Part shown: one piece after another, positions 9,248-17,651 of the stretch
Numbering within the stretch: the first letter of the stretch is position 1
How the letters are laid out: the number at the start of each line of letters is the position of its first letter
Assembly (NCBI GenBank): GCA_012797735.1
Contig: JAAZOP010000458.1
Span: forward strand, 1 to 48,098
Length of the DNA: 48,098 bases
Direction: 5' to 3'
Source of the DNA: Myxococcales bacterium
GTDB taxonomy: Bacteria; Myxococcota_A; Polyangia; DRWM01; JAAZOP01
The notes under the pieces: model-generated
Databases searched by the model: none
The model's input: the letters and a program-made list of their open reading frames with translations, nothing else
What the model was told of the DNA's origin: nothing
Translations under genes and position numbers: made by a program

Positions 9248-10675
9248 ATGCCGCGCGGTTCCGAACGCAAGCCCCCCGCCAAGGCCGACCCGCGCGAGGT
9301 TCTCGCCCGGGTTCCCCCGCACGCCGAGGACGCCGAACAGGCCTTGCTCGGCGCCATCCTCGTCGATGACAAGGCCCTGCCCCTGGTCCAGGACGTCGTC
9401 ACCGCCGACGACTTCTATGTCGAGGCGCACCGGGCGATCTACGAGGCGATGGTCGATCTGTCGGGACGCGGCGTCACGATCGATGCCGTGACGCTGGCCG
9501 AGACGCTCAAGCAGCGCGGCCAGTACGACCGCGTCGGCGGCGCCGCGTACCTCGACCGGCTGATCGACGTCGTGCCCGTCTCCGCCCACGTCGAGGAGCA
9601 TGCGGGGCTGGTGCGGGAGAAGCCGATCGTCCGCCGGCTGATCCTGGCCTGCAGCCGCGTCGTCAGCGACTCGTTCGAGGACTACGGCGACCTGGACTCG
9701 TTCCTCGACGGCGCCGAACAGACGATCTTCGAGGTGTCGCGGCAGCGCTACCGCACCGAGACCGCGCACATCCGGCGCACGGTGAAGGAGGTCTTCACCG
9801 AACTCGACGCGTTGAGCCAGTCCTCCAAGGAGATCACCGGCGTTCCCACCGGCTTCCCGCGCCTCGACGCGATGACCGCCGGCCTCCAGGCTTCCGACCT
9901 GATCATCCTCGCCGGCCGCCCCAGCGTCGGCAAGACCTCCTTCACCCTCAACCTCGTCACCAGCGCCGCCAGCGCCGGCAAGACCCCCGTCGCCTTCTTC
10001 TCGCTCGAGATGAGCCGCCAACAGCTCGTCCGCCGCATCCTTTCCTCCGAGGCCGGCATTCCGGCGAACAAGCTGCGGACCGCCCACGGCCTGTCCCAGG
10101 ACGACTGGACCCGCCTCTTCATGGCCGCCGATCGCCTGAGCAAGATCGAGATGTACGTCGACGACTCCCCGCTCCTCACCGTCGCCCAGCTCCGCGGCAA
10201 GGTCCGCCGCCTCAAGCTCCAGCACGGCATCGGCCTCGTCGCGATCGATTACCTCCAGCTCATGCGGCCCACCCGCTCGTTCGACAGCCGCGAACGCGAG
10301 ATCGCCGAGATTTCCCGGAATCTCAAGGCGCTCGCCAAGGAGCTCGACCTCCCCGTCATCGCCCTGTCCCAACTCTCCCGCGACGTCGAGAAGCGCCAGG
10401 ACAAGCGTCCCGTGCTCGCCGACCTGCGCGAGTCCGGCGCGATCGAACAGGACGCCGACATCGTCATCTTCCTGCACGACCAGAACCCGCAACAGGTCGA
10501 TCGGACGCACCGCCAGGTCGAACTGATCGTCGCCAAGCATCGCTCGGGACCGACCGGCAGCGTGCCGCTCGTGTTCGACGGCGAGTACACCCGCTTCTCC
10601 CAGGCGGCCGCCCAGGACGGCGACATCGGGATCGCCACCGAGTTCACCCCGCCCGACGACGCCAACCCCTTCTGA
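9248..10675 (+). CDS. dnaB: replicative DNA helicase DnaB
   Basis: PPHAEDAEQALLGAILVD N-terminal motif. Walker A GRPSVGKTS. SLEMS, IAIDYLQLM, ISRNLKALAKELDLPVIALSQLSR, and the RESGAIEQDAD motif. 475 aa, no intein-sized insertion. Confidence 0.97.
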   Translation: MPRGSERKPPAKADPREVLARVPPHAEDAEQALLGAILVDDKALPLVQDVVTADDFYVEAHRAIYEAMVDLSGRGVTIDAVTLAETLKQRGQYDRVGGAAYLDRLIDVVPVSAHVEEHAGLVREKPIVRRLILACSRVVSDSFEDYGDLDSFLDGAEQTIFEVSRQRYRTETAHIRRTVKEVFTELDALSQSSKEITGVPTGFPRLDAMTAGLQASDLIILAGRPSVGKTSFTLNLVTSAASAGKTPVAFFSLEMSRQQLVRRILSSEAGIPANKLRTAHGLSQDDWTRLFMAADRLSKIEMYVDDSPLLTVAQLRGKVRRLKLQHGIGLVAIDYLQLMRPTRSFDSREREIAEISRNLKALAKELDLPVIALSQLSRDVEKRQDKRPVLADLRESGAIEQDADIVIFLHDQNPQQVDRTHRQVELIVAKHRSGPTGSVPLVFDGEYTRFSQAAAQDGDIGIATEFTPPDDANPF

Positions 10676-10824
10676 CCGATCGCCGTCCGAACCCTCCGCG
10701 CTCCGCGCGGGAACCGTCGACGCACGGCGCGCCGGTCGCGGCAGGCCCCGTGGAACGGACGCCGGACCGCCCGGAGACGACTTGACGCCGGGCGCCGCGC
10801 GGAGACAACGTCCGGGCCGCGACC

Positions 10825-12069
10825 ATGCGCCCACGACGGCCGGCGGCCGATCTTCCCTCCGTGCGCCTGCGGCGCGACGTCGTCCGGGCCGTGCGCGCCG
10901 GTCATCCGTGGGTCTACGCCGAGGCGCTCGCCGCCCCCCGCGGCCTCGCCGCCGGCGCGGTCGTCGATCTCCTCGACCCGGCGGGCCGCTTCCTCGCCCG
11001 CGGGGTCTGGGACCCGGACTCGCCGATCGCTTTCCGCGTCTTGACCCTGGACCCTGCCGAGCCGGTCGCGGCCGGGTTGGTGGCCGAACGCATCGCCGCC
11101 GCGGCCGCGCGCCGCGCCGAGCTGCTGGCGGCCGGGGATACCGACTGCTGCCGTCTCGTCCACGGCGAGGCGGACCGCCTGCCGGGCGTGGTCTGCGACC
11201 GCTACGGCGACACCGCGGTGCTCCGCTTCGACGGCGCCGGCCCGGCGGCGCTCCGCTCCTGGGTCGTCGAGGCGGTCCGGGGGCTGCCCGGCATCGGCCG
11301 GATCCTCGAACGGCCGTTCGGCCGGACGGCGCGCCGTCGCGGGCGACCGGCGTCGTTGACCGGGACGCCCGCGGAGCGGCCCGCGGTGGCACTGTGGGGC
11401 GCCCTGCCCGAGCGTTCGGGCGTCGTGCGGGAGCGCGGCCTGCGCTTCGAGGTCGACCTCTTACATGGGCACAAGACCGGTCTGTACCTCGACCAGCGCG
11501 AGAACCGCGCACTCGTCCGGGAACGGGCGGCCGGGCGGCGCGTCCTCAACCTGTTCGCCTACACCGGCGGCTTCGCCGTGGCCGCGGCGGCGGGCGGGGC
11601 ACGGTCGAGCGTCTCGGTGGAGCTGTCGCGGCCGGCGGCGGACGCCGCGCGCCGCAACCTCGCGCTCCACGGCGCGGACCCCGCGGCCCACACGGTCGAG
11701 CCGGGGGACGCCTTCGCCTGGCTGGAGCGGGCCGCCGCGGCGCGCCGGACCTTCGACCTGCTGGTCTGCGACCCGCCGAGCTTCGCGCCGAGCCGCGCCG
11801 CCCTCCCCCGCGCCCGCACCGCCTACCGGCGCCTCAACGCCGCCGTCCTGCAGCTGACCGCCCCCGGCGCGCTCGTGTTGACCTGTTCCTGCTCGAGCCA
11901 CCTCGACCCGCGGAGCTTCCTCGAACTGCTGCGCGCCGCCGCCCGAGACGCCGGACGGCGCGCGGCCGTCCGCGAGGTGCGCGGGGCGGGCGAGGACCAC
12001 CCCGTGGTCCCGTGGTTTCCCGAGGGCCGATACCTCAAGGCGGTGCTGCTCGAAGTCTCGTCGTCGTAG
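10825..12069 (+). CDS. class I SAM-dependent rRNA methyltransferase, RlmI/RlmK-like (PUA + MTase)
   Basis: N-terminal HPWVY PUA-like region. KTGLYLDQREN, NLFAYTGGFAVAAA (SAM motif I) and LLVCDPPSF (motif IV). Confidence 0.85.
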   Translation: MRPRRPAADLPSVRLRRDVVRAVRAGHPWVYAEALAAPRGLAAGAVVDLLDPAGRFLARGVWDPDSPIAFRVLTLDPAEPVAAGLVAERIAAAAARRAELLAAGDTDCCRLVHGEADRLPGVVCDRYGDTAVLRFDGAGPAALRSWVVEAVRGLPGIGRILERPFGRTARRRGRPASLTGTPAERPAVALWGALPERSGVVRERGLRFEVDLLHGHKTGLYLDQRENRALVRERAAGRRVLNLFAYTGGFAVAAAAGGARSSVSVELSRPAADAARRNLALHGADPAAHTVEPGDAFAWLERAAAARRTFDLLVCDPPSFAPSRAALPRARTAYRRLNAAVLQLTAPGALVLTCSCSSHLDPRSFLELLRAAARDAGRRAAVREVRGAGEDHPVVPWFPEGRYLKAVLLEVSSS

Positions 12070-12089
12070 GGCCGCGCCCGCCCGCGCGA

Positions 12090-13949
12090 TCACGATCCGC
12101 CCAGCACGATCTCCCGGAGCAGCGGCAGCGGAACGGCCCCTTCGCCCAGCGCCCGATCGTGGAACGCGCGGAGGTCGAAGGCGGCGCCGGCCGCGCGTTC
12201 CGCTTCCGCCCGGATCTCCCGCCAGGCGCTGACACCCAGGTAGTAGGCGCAGAGCTGGGTCGACGACAGCTTGGCCCGCCGCAGCTTGCCCTCGGCTTCC
12301 GCCCGCTCCTGGAACGTCCGCTCCGTCATCAGCGCCAGCGCCTCCTCGTCGCTCATCCCGCGGGCGTGCAGTCCGACGTCGAGCAGGACGTTGGCCAGGG
12401 AGCGCAGCTCCTCCTTGGCGTACGTCAGCACCATGCGCGGGTCGCGCCCGTAAGGCGTCGCGGCGAGCATCAGCTCCTCGGCGTAGGTCGACCATCCCTC
12501 GACCGTCGCCGGGTCGCCGTAGACGCTCCGCAGCAGTCGTCGCCAGGTGGGCGTGACCCGGTTCGCGTACGCGGAGTGCGTGAAGTAGCCCGGCACCGAC
12601 TCGTGCCACGCCAGCAGCCGCAGTTTTTGGCGGTTGTACTCCCGCAGTTTCTGTTCGACGCGCGCGTCGTCCCAGTCGTCGGGAATCGGCGTGATCCACA
12701 ACCAGGCCCCGAGCTGCGGCTCGAACGGCGGCGGCGGAACGAGCCCGCCGACCGAGTACAGGCCGCGCAGGAAGACGGGGGTGGGACCGAGCGAGAGGTT
12801 CTCGTGACCGGCGTGGGTGAACAGCGCTCCGCCGGCCAGGACGCCGTCGGTTTCTGCGAGGGTTTCGCGGACCGCGTCGAGCAGTCCGTCGCGGGGCACG
12901 CGGTCGGTTCCGATCGCGTCCAGCGCCGCGGCCAGCGCCGCCTGCTCCTCGTCCGGCGTCGGGGCCGTCGGGTCGGCCGGTCCCGGAAGGCCGAGCTCGG
13001 CGAGCAGCGGCAGCGCGGTCTGCAGCATCGCCGCACGTTTGGCCGCCAGCGCCTCCCGCGCGCTGTCCGCCAGCGCCTCGGGCGTCGTCGCCCCGTGGAA
13101 TGACAGCGCGAACTTGCGGGCGTAGCGCTCCGGGCCGAGACGCCAGGCGTCGTCCGGCGCCCGCCGCAGCCCTTCACGCAGGAAGACGTCCAGCTCGTCC
13201 AGCGCCGCCAGCGCTCCCGGCGCGGCCACCGCCAACGCCGCCGCCAGGTCCGCGTCCCCCCCGCACTCGTCGGCGATGAACCGGGGCAGCCGCTCGCGCA
13301 CCAGCTCGCGATTCCCCTCGTTCGCCGCCCGCGCCACCTCGATCCACACCGGCGGGGCGTCCTGCAGCGTCGCCCGCGCCCGGGCCACGTAGTCCGGCAG
13401 CCGCTCCAGCCGCGCCAGCACGTCCCGCACCCGTTCCGCCGGCGGGTCGTACGGCAGCAGCAGCGGGAAGGTCAGCGCCCGCCCGAGCCGCTCGACCCAC
13501 AGCGTCGGGTCGTGCAGGTGCGGCGCGACCTCCTCCCACGTCCACCGCTCCAGCGCCGCGGCGTCCCGCAGCAGTTGCAGGTCGGCCAGACCCTCCGGGT
13601 CCAGCGCCGCCGGCGCGACCCCATCCGCCAACCGCCGCTCGAAATCGGCCAGCGCGCCCACCCGTCGCGTCACGCTCTCGACCGACAGATCGTCGAGCAG
13701 CGTGTCGAGGTCGAGCGGCAGGTCGTCGGCGTCGCGGCCCCGGTGGTATCCCTGCGCCGTCGCCTGCGAGGGTGCGAACGTCATCGCCCCGACCACGAAC
13801 TCGGACGCCAACGCCCCCAGCCGCTCCAGCGATGCCGCGGCGTCCGGTCCCGGACCGCCGCCCGAACCGCCGCCCGCCGTCGTCGCGACCCGCGAACCGC
13901 ACGCCAGCGCGGCGAGCGGCAGGATCGCGAACGCGAGTCTTCGCCACAC
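12090..13949 (-). CDS. DUF885 family protein, probable lipoprotein
   Basis: GTG 13949 preceded by GGAAGGAGGGG. Signal LPLAALAC. WHESVPGYFTH matches the HExxPGH-type motif of DUF885, and the length (619 aa) fits. Confidence 0.85.
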   Translation of the reverse strand: MWRRLAFAILPLAALACGSRVATTAGGGSGGGPGPDAAASLERLGALASEFVVGAMTFAPSQATAQGYHRGRDADDLPLDLDTLLDDLSVESVTRRVGALADFERRLADGVAPAALDPEGLADLQLLRDAAALERWTWEEVAPHLHDPTLWVERLGRALTFPLLLPYDPPAERVRDVLARLERLPDYVARARATLQDAPPVWIEVARAANEGNRELVRERLPRFIADECGGDADLAAALAVAAPGALAALDELDVFLREGLRRAPDDAWRLGPERYARKFALSFHGATTPEALADSAREALAAKRAAMLQTALPLLAELGLPGPADPTAPTPDEEQAALAAALDAIGTDRVPRDGLLDAVRETLAETDGVLAGGALFTHAGHENLSLGPTPVFLRGLYSVGGLVPPPPFEPQLGAWLWITPIPDDWDDARVEQKLREYNRQKLRLLAWHESVPGYFTHSAYANRVTPTWRRLLRSVYGDPATVEGWSTYAEELMLAATPYGRDPRMVLTYAKEELRSLANVLLDVGLHARGMSDEEALALMTERTFQERAEAEGKLRRAKLSSTQLCAYYLGVSAWREIRAEAERAAGAAFDLRAFHDRALGEGAVPLPLLREIVLGGS

Positions 13950-14052
13950 GGTCGTCCCCTCCTTCCGTCCGGTCGAGGCTACGACGAGCGCGCGGGCGAG
14001 TCCAGGGAGTCCCGTGTCGGCCAGCGAAGTCCCGCCCGTCCCGCCCCGCCGC

Positions 14053-14853
14053 TCATCGCCGGACGGGACCCAGGTGCGTCACGTACCAGTCCCGACCCCA
14101 GTGGATCAGCACGCGGATCTCCACCTCGATCTCGCGCCGGCCGGTCCACGCGGTGATCCGGTTCCGCCGGCACGACCAGTACGGGATCCGGTTCCCCTCC
14201 CCCCCCTTCGGCACCCATTCGCAACGGCCGAACCGGAAGCGGCGGAACTCGAGCGCATCGACCCCGCCCAACTCCTCGCGCTTCGCGCGCAGGTCCTCCT
14301 CGAACCACCGCACAAGCCGCCGGTGGTAGGCCGCCGGGTCGGGCAGGTCCTTCAGGAGCGTGAACGGGCCGAGCGGGAAGACCAGGTCGCGGACCGGCGT
14401 CGGGTCGCCGGCGAGGATGGCCGGCAACAGCCGCCGGGCGAGCGCCTCGGCCGACTCCGCGCCGGGACGCTCGCCGCGCTCGCGGTTCTCGATCGGCACC
14501 TCGGGGACGGCCGGGGCACCGCCGGCGGGTCCGACGATCCCTCCTCCGGGCGGCAGGACGACATCGAGCGCCGGGCCCGCGTCGACCAGCGCGGGCGGCG
14601 AGGCGGCGTCGAGTGCCGGGCCGGCATCGGCGGGCGCGGGCGTCGCCCCCTCGCCCGGCTCCACGGGCGGTGCGGCGGCAGTGCGCTCCGCATCGCTTTG
14701 CGGATGCGTGGAGGCTCCCGCGGCGCGGGCGGCAGGGGCATCGTCCGGCCCCGATGCGGCGGCCGGAGCCTCTCGCTCGCCCCGGCACGCCGGGATCGTC
14801 GCCAGGCAGATCCCGAACGCGAGCATGGCGGCGGCGGATCGTGCGCGCTTCAT
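14053..14853 (-). CDS. hypothetical lipoprotein (266 aa)
   Basis: ATG 14853. MKRARSAAAMLAFGICLATIPAC lipobox-like signal, Pro/Ala/Asp linker with a DAGPALD direct repeat, and a folded C-terminal domain. No family recognised. Confidence 0.65.
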   Translation of the reverse strand: MKRARSAAAMLAFGICLATIPACRGEREAPAAASGPDDAPAARAAGASTHPQSDAERTAAAPPVEPGEGATPAPADAGPALDAASPPALVDAGPALDVVLPPGGGIVGPAGGAPAVPEVPIENRERGERPGAESAEALARRLLPAILAGDPTPVRDLVFPLGPFTLLKDLPDPAAYHRRLVRWFEEDLRAKREELGGVDALEFRRFRFGRCEWVPKGGEGNRIPYWSCRRNRITAWTGRREIEVEIRVLIHWGRDWYVTHLGPVRR

Positions 14854-15044
14854 CCGTCGCTTCCGTTCCGGGACGAGCCGGGCCGCCCCCGCGGCGCCCG
14901 GCCGTCTCGAGGGTCGTTTGTAGCGACGCGCGGCCGCCGGCGCAACCCGGCGTCGCCGCACGCCGGCGTCACGTTCTGCGAGCGCCCCGCGGAGGTGAGG
15001 CGCGACCGCCCGCGCCGGCGAACGGGCGCGGGGTCGCGGCGCCT

Positions 15045-15085
15045 CGGTGCATGACTTGCGGGATCCGGCCGGCATCTCCTAGAAT
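15045..15085 (+). promoter_or_regulatory. promoter region of the PSI-repeat gene; type ambiguous (sigma-70-like TTGCGG-N18-TAGAAT, or weak sigma-54-like cGGTGC-N5-TTGC)
   Basis: TTGCGG at 15056-15061, TAGAAT at 15080-15085. Alternatively GG (15046-47)-N10-GC (15058-59). The ATG is at 15138. Confidence 0.35.
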
Positions 15086-15137
15086 TCCTTCCGGCTTGGA
15101 TCCCAGCAGACCCGAGCCTGCCGGAAGGGAGGCCGAG

Positions 15138-17564
15138 ATGTCGAGATTCGCGGGTACCGGGCGCGCGAGGTGGGCGGCGGCCCTGGCGGGGGCCGCGCTG
15201 GCGCTCGCCTGTGCGCCGTCGAGCGACGACACGGTGATCCGGGACGTGCCGCGGGACGCGCGGGACGGCACGGACGACACGGCGACGCCCGACGGGTCGG
15301 TCCGCTGCGGGCACGACCGCGAGCCGTGCTGTTCCGGCTCGGGTTGCGGCCCGGGGCTGACCTGCGTCGCGGGCACCTGCACCGCCGCGGCCGCCTGCGG
15401 TCGCGAGGGCCAGCCCTGCTGTTCCGGGATGGCCTGCGCGGACGAACTGGTGTGCACGGGCGGCACGTGCGTGGCGGAGCCGGCGTGCGGAGGCGAGCGG
15501 CAGCCGTGCTGCGCCGGCGGCGCCTGCCGGTCGGGCCTGGTGTGCGACCGCGACACGTGCGTGCCGACGGCCGCCTGCGGGAGTCTCCGCCAGCCGTGCT
15601 GCTCCGGCACCGCCTGCGCCTCGGGCCTCGTCTGCACCGCGGGCGTCTGCGAGACGGCGCCGGCCTGCGGCGGGGCGCGCGAGCCGTGCTGCGGCGGCAC
15701 GGCGTGCAACGCGGGGCTGGTCTGCACCGGAGGGACCTGCCAGACGGCGCCCGCCGCCTGCGGTGCCCTCGGCCAACCCTGCTGTTCCGGTTCGACGTGC
15801 ACCGCGTCCGGCGCGACCTGTTGCGGCGGGGCTTGCGTCGACACGACGCGCGATCCGCGGAACTGCGGTTCCTGCGGCGCCCGCTGCGACGGGACCTGCA
15901 GCGGCGGCAGCTGTTCGAGCGCCTCCTGCGGCGCGGAAGGCCAACCCTGCTGCACGTCGGGCGACCGCTGCCGCGCGGGGCTGGAATGCAACGCGGCGAG
16001 CCAGTGCGTCCGGAGTTCGAGCGCCTGTTCCCCGGTGCGCGCGGCGTGCGCGGCGGCCTCCGAGTGCTGTTCGTCGCTGAGCTGCCGGGGCGCGCCGGAC
16101 GACGCGCAGTGCTGCGTCGAGGCCGGCGGCTCGTGCGCCTCGAGCCTCGATTGCTGCGGCTGGATGTCGTGCGTCTCCGGTCACTGCGCCTGCCAGGTCG
16201 GTTCCGACCTGTGCGCGGCGACCGCCGACTGCTGTTCGGGGTTGACCTGCACCGACGAAAGCTGCACGACCGGCTCCACGACCGACCCCTGCGCCGAGGC
16301 GAGGAGCTGCGCGGACTGCACCGGGCGCGCGAGCTGCGGTTGGTGCGGCGCCACGGCGACCTGCATGACCGGGGCTCTGGCCGGACCGACGGCCGGAAGC
16401 TGCGCCTCCGGCTGGAGCTGGTACGTCAGCTCCTGCGGCGCCACGACCGACCCGTGCGCCGCCAACACCGACTGCGCGTCGTGCAACTCGGTCGCCACCT
16501 GCGGCTGGTGCCGCGCCACCGGCACCTGCGCCACCGGCGGCAGCGCCGGCCCGACCTCCGGCTCCTGCGCCGACTGGGTCTGGTACGTCAGCGGCTGCTC
16601 GGGGTCCACCACCGACCCCTGCGACAGCCACGGCTCGTGCGGCACCTGCACGGTCGTCGCGGGCTGCGGCTGGTGCAACGACACATCGTCCTGCCGCACG
16701 GGGACGTCTTCCGGCCCGAGCAGCGGGTCGTGCGGCGACTGGGACTGGCTGTCCTTGCAGTGCGCCGCGGACGAGTGCGCGGGGACGTACGACTGCGAAG
16801 CCTGCACGGGCACGGCCGCCTGCGGCTGGTGCAACTCCACCTCGACCTGCATGAGCGGGAGTTGGGGCGGCCCGGCGAGCGGCTCGTGCGCCGATTGGGT
16901 CTGGTACGCGTCGGCCTGCGCCTCCGCCGACCCGTGCGACGACTCGTGGAGTTGCGAAGACTGCACCGGTCGGGCCGCCTGCGGCTGGTGCGCCGCGAGC
17001 TGGACCTGCATGACCGGTGGACCGGCGGGACCCGATGCCGGCGCCTGCTCCGACTGGCGGTACCGCTCGTCCGACTGCGTCACGACCGACCCGTGCAACG
17101 GCCACGGCGACTGCGCCACGTGCACCGCCGACTCCGCCTGCGGCTGGTGCGAGGCGACCTGGACCTGCATGACCGGCGGCTCGTCCGGACCGACGTCCGG
17201 GTACTGCTCCGACTGGCGGTACTACGGCTCGTCCTGCCCCGCGCCGCCCGATCCCTGCGACGTCCACTCGGACTGCGCGGCCTGCACCGCCGCCTCCGGC
17301 TGCGGCTGGTGCGAGGCCACCTGGTCCTGCCTCACCGGCACCTCGTCCGGCCCGACCGGCTCGTACTGCTCCGACTGGAACTACTACCCCGCCGACTGCG
17401 TCCCGTCCGACCCGTGCAACGACCACTGGAGCTGCACGACCTGCACGGGCGACTCGGCCTGCGGCTGGTGCGAGTCGAGCTACACCTGCATGACCGGCGA
17501 TTACTACGGCCCGGACGTCGGTTCCTGCTCCGACTGGCGGTACTACGACACCGAGTGTCCGTAG
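15138..17564 (+). CDS. secreted, extremely Cys-rich repeat protein: 7x 'QPCC' units + 8x PSI-like (plexin-semaphorin-integrin) units
   Basis: ATG 15138 after GGAAGGGAGG. Signal RWAAALAGAALALAC. Repeats are read directly from the translation (see the repeat features). 808 aa. Confidence 0.85.
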   Translation: MSRFAGTGRARWAAALAGAALALACAPSSDDTVIRDVPRDARDGTDDTATPDGSVRCGHDREPCCSGSGCGPGLTCVAGTCTAAAACGREGQPCCSGMACADELVCTGGTCVAEPACGGERQPCCAGGACRSGLVCDRDTCVPTAACGSLRQPCCSGTACASGLVCTAGVCETAPACGGAREPCCGGTACNAGLVCTGGTCQTAPAACGALGQPCCSGSTCTASGATCCGGACVDTTRDPRNCGSCGARCDGTCSGGSCSSASCGAEGQPCCTSGDRCRAGLECNAASQCVRSSSACSPVRAACAAASECCSSLSCRGAPDDAQCCVEAGGSCASSLDCCGWMSCVSGHCACQVGSDLCAATADCCSGLTCTDESCTTGSTTDPCAEARSCADCTGRASCGWCGATATCMTGALAGPTAGSCASGWSWYVSSCGATTDPCAANTDCASCNSVATCGWCRATGTCATGGSAGPTSGSCADWVWYVSGCSGSTTDPCDSHGSCGTCTVVAGCGWCNDTSSCRTGTSSGPSSGSCGDWDWLSLQCAADECAGTYDCEACTGTAACGWCNSTSTCMSGSWGGPASGSCADWVWYASACASADPCDDSWSCEDCTGRAACGWCAASWTCMTGGPAGPDAGACSDWRYRSSDCVTTDPCNGHGDCATCTADSACGWCEATWTCMTGGSSGPTSGYCSDWRYYGSSCPAPPDPCDVHSDCAACTAASGCGWCEATWSCLTGTSSGPTGSYCSDWNYYPADCVPSDPCNDHWSCTTCTGDSACGWCESSYTCMTGDYYGPDVGSCSDWRYYDTECP
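15306..16007 (+). repeat. about 30-aa six-Cys 'CG-x3-QPCC-x-G-x2-C-x2-GLVC-x2-G-x-C' units: six consecutive, plus one after a Stig1-like insert
   Basis: CGxxx[QE]PCC motifs at aa 57, 86, 117, 147, 177, 208 and 264. The insert carries CVDTTRDPRNCGSCGARC. Confidence 0.85.
16284..17561 (+). repeat. eight tandem ~53-aa (about 159-nt) PSI-like units, each with eight Cys and a CGWC core
   Basis: CGWC at aa 399, 455, 510, 562, 615, 668, 722 and 775. Unit pattern: DPC-x4-5-C-x2-C-x5-6-CGWC-x5-6-C-x2-G-x3-GP-x3-G-x-C-x2-W-x-Y-x3-4-C. Confidence 0.8.
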
Positions 17565-17581
17565 CTCGGGTCGCGAGGGCC

Positions 17582-17625
17582 CGGCGGCGGGTTCCTGCCG
17601 GACGCGGGGCCGTCCTCCGCCGCCG
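17582..17625. terminator. GC-rich hairpin between convergent genes (weak bidirectional terminator candidate)
   Basis: CGGCGGCGG (17582-90) pairs with CCGCCGCCG (17617-25), with an inner GGACG/CGTCC stem. No U-tract. Confidence 0.25.
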
Positions 17626-17651
17626 CCGGCGGCGCCGGGATGGGGGACCGC

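Noticed and set aside
10781-10816. TTGACG-N18-CAACGT upstream of the methyltransferase gene as a promoter
   Set aside because: The -10 hexamer matches only 2 of 6 positions. The gene may simply be co-transcribed with dnaB. This is not supportable as a feature.
8204-11512. 1102-aa ORF on the minus strand
   Set aside because: It is antisense to rpsR, rplI, dnaB and the methyltransferase gene, all of which have unmistakable conserved products. Its translation is Arg/Pro/Gly-rich low complexity, which marks it as a classic high-GC shadow ORF.
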